A DNA stretch of 64,000 bases from an uncultured delta proteobacterium (GTDB taxonomy: Bacteria > Desulfobacterota > SM23-61): assembly GCA_963760605.1 (NCBI GenBank), contig CAVXFA010000062.1, forward strand, positions 6,174 to 70,173, read 5' to 3'. The notes under the pieces are model-generated. The model had not been told where the DNA came from, ran no database searches, and saw only the letters and a program-made list of their open reading frames with translations. Positions within the stretch are counted from its first letter, which is position 1, and each line of letters opens with the position of its first letter. Of the stretch, positions 62,934 through 64,000 are shown one piece after another. Made by a program: the position numbers and the translations under genes.

Positions 62934-64000
62934 TGAGAGGCGGGTCGAGGTTGCGCTGGAAATTTATTTTCCTCTACCTGATCCCCGTATTCAGCGGCCT
63001 CTGGATAGCCGGTTTTTTTATGAGTCCGGACTCCGGGAGTTTCTGGCGGATCCTTTTTTCTTTTTTGATCGTTGCGGCATTCTTGATTCTGAATTTAGGG
63101 ATTTCCCAGATGCTGATGAGACCTCTGGGAGAAATCACTGAGGCCGTCAAAAGGTTCACGCAGGGGTTCTTCAGCTGGAGAATTCACCTGCAGCATAAAA
63201 AAGATGAACTGGGAGAGCTGGGGAGTAACCTCAATCTTATGGCGGAAGGCATCCAAGAAAAAATCCTGTGGCTTTCCAAGAATCTGGCCGAATCCCAGGC
63301 TCTGCTGGCTGGTATGGAGGAAGGGGTTCTCGTCTTGGACCTAAAGGGCCGGGTGCAGAAAATAAATGAGGCAATGGAAACCCATGTTTTTTCCCTATCG
63401 CCTGCCGATGTGGGCAAACATTACCTGGAAGTTTTTCGCGACCCAGAGCTAAACGATCTCATTCAGGCGACCCTTGCCAGCAAGCAGGGCCAGCGGCGGA
63501 GTCTTTCTCTTCTGGGTCAACCTGGAAGATTCTATCATGTCCAGAGTTCTTTAATTCAAGATCCTGGAAGCGGCGTGGGGGGAGTCATCGTCGTCTTCCA
63601 CGATGTAACAGACCTGAAGCGCTTGGAACGCGTTCGCCAGGAGTTCGTGGCTAACGTTTCCCATGAATTGCGTACTCCCCTGACGGCCATTAAAGGATAC
63701 GTGGAAGCCCTGTTGGATGGAGGACCGGGAAATTCCGCGCAGGCGGAGCAGTTCCTGAAAGTCATCGATCGGCATGCCAGCCGGATGGACAAGATCGTCT
63801 CCGATTTGCTTCTTCTTGCGGAACTGGAATCTCCCGATTGGTCCCTGCAGAAGGAAGCCATCCCCATCCCGGAGTTAATTCGCTCGGCCGTGGATGCTCT
63901 TCGTCCCATGGCGGAATCGAAAAGGCAAACCCTCCAACTTCGGATCCCTCCGGAGCTTGCATCCATCATGGGCGATGGACAAAAAATCCATCAGGTGATC
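62930..64000 (+). CDS. phoR: sensor histidine kinase, PhoR-like (3' end runs off the window)
   Basis: Own translation from the ATG at 62930 (ATGA overlap with phoB): two TM segments, HAMP, PAS-like region, and H-box FVANVSHELRTPLTAIKGY identical in type to PhoR. Confidence 0.7.
   Translation, partial: MMRGGSRLRWKFIFLYLIPVFSGLWIAGFFMSPDSGSFWRILFSFLIVAAFLILNLGISQMLMRPLGEITEAVKRFTQGFFSWRIHLQHKKDELGELGSNLNLMAEGIQEKILWLSKNLAESQALLAGMEEGVLVLDLKGRVQKINEAMETHVFSLSPADVGKHYLEVFRDPELNDLIQATLASKQGQRRSLSLLGQPGRFYHVQSSLIQDPGSGVGGVIVVFHDVTDLKRLERVRQEFVANVSHELRTPLTAIKGYVEALLDGGPGNSAQAEQFLKVIDRHASRMDKIVSDLLLLAELESPDWSLQKEAIPIPELIRSAVDALRPMAESKRQTLQLRIPPELASIMGDGQKIHQVI

Overview
A 64 kb bacterial chromosomal segment of moderate-to-high GC content. 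The source organism cannot be assigned from sequence alone. The window has three parts.

(1) 1-32.3 kb is mostly housekeeping. On the minus strand it holds a GT2 glycosyltransferase (partial), miaA, and the conserved cluster comFC-rlmH-rsfS-nadD-proA-proB-obg-rpmA-rplU-rng. Next to these is a DUF2344 / B12-radical-SAM pair. On the plus strand are a TPP-dependent enzyme, an operon of a hypothetical exported protein, a TAT-signal protein, an Fe-alcohol dehydrogenase and livGHM-(binding protein)-livF, plus ilvE, hup, ogt, a flavoprotein, an LmbE deacetylase, a SagB-type nitroreductase and an HDAC-family deacetylase.

(2) 32.4-50.3 kb is an accessory-looking island of exported and membrane proteins. 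It encodes an Nramp-like transporter, two MFS transporters, an ArsP-like permease and a MacB-type ABC module (ATPase-FtsX permease-DUF3299). It also encodes two paralogous small FN3-like exported proteins, each paired with a DUF362 exported protein (one copy decayed), a periplasmic 13x PD40 beta-propeller protein carrying an N-terminal CxxCH heme motif, and an exported cupin. The island is organised around five copies of a highly conserved ~90-100 bp promoter-leader cassette. It also carries several other small repeat families.

(3) 50.8-64 kb is a complete type II secretion cluster gspE-F-G-H-I-J-K-L-M-(C/PilP-like)-D, followed by phoB and phoR. phoR is truncated by the window end.

There are many disabling lesions, mostly frameshifts, in-frame stops and a missing start codon, scattered through otherwise conserved genes. 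Those inspected fall in homopolymer runs. This pattern suggests a draft or error-prone assembly at least as much as real pseudogenes. No rRNA, complete tRNA, CRISPR array, transposase or integrase was found.
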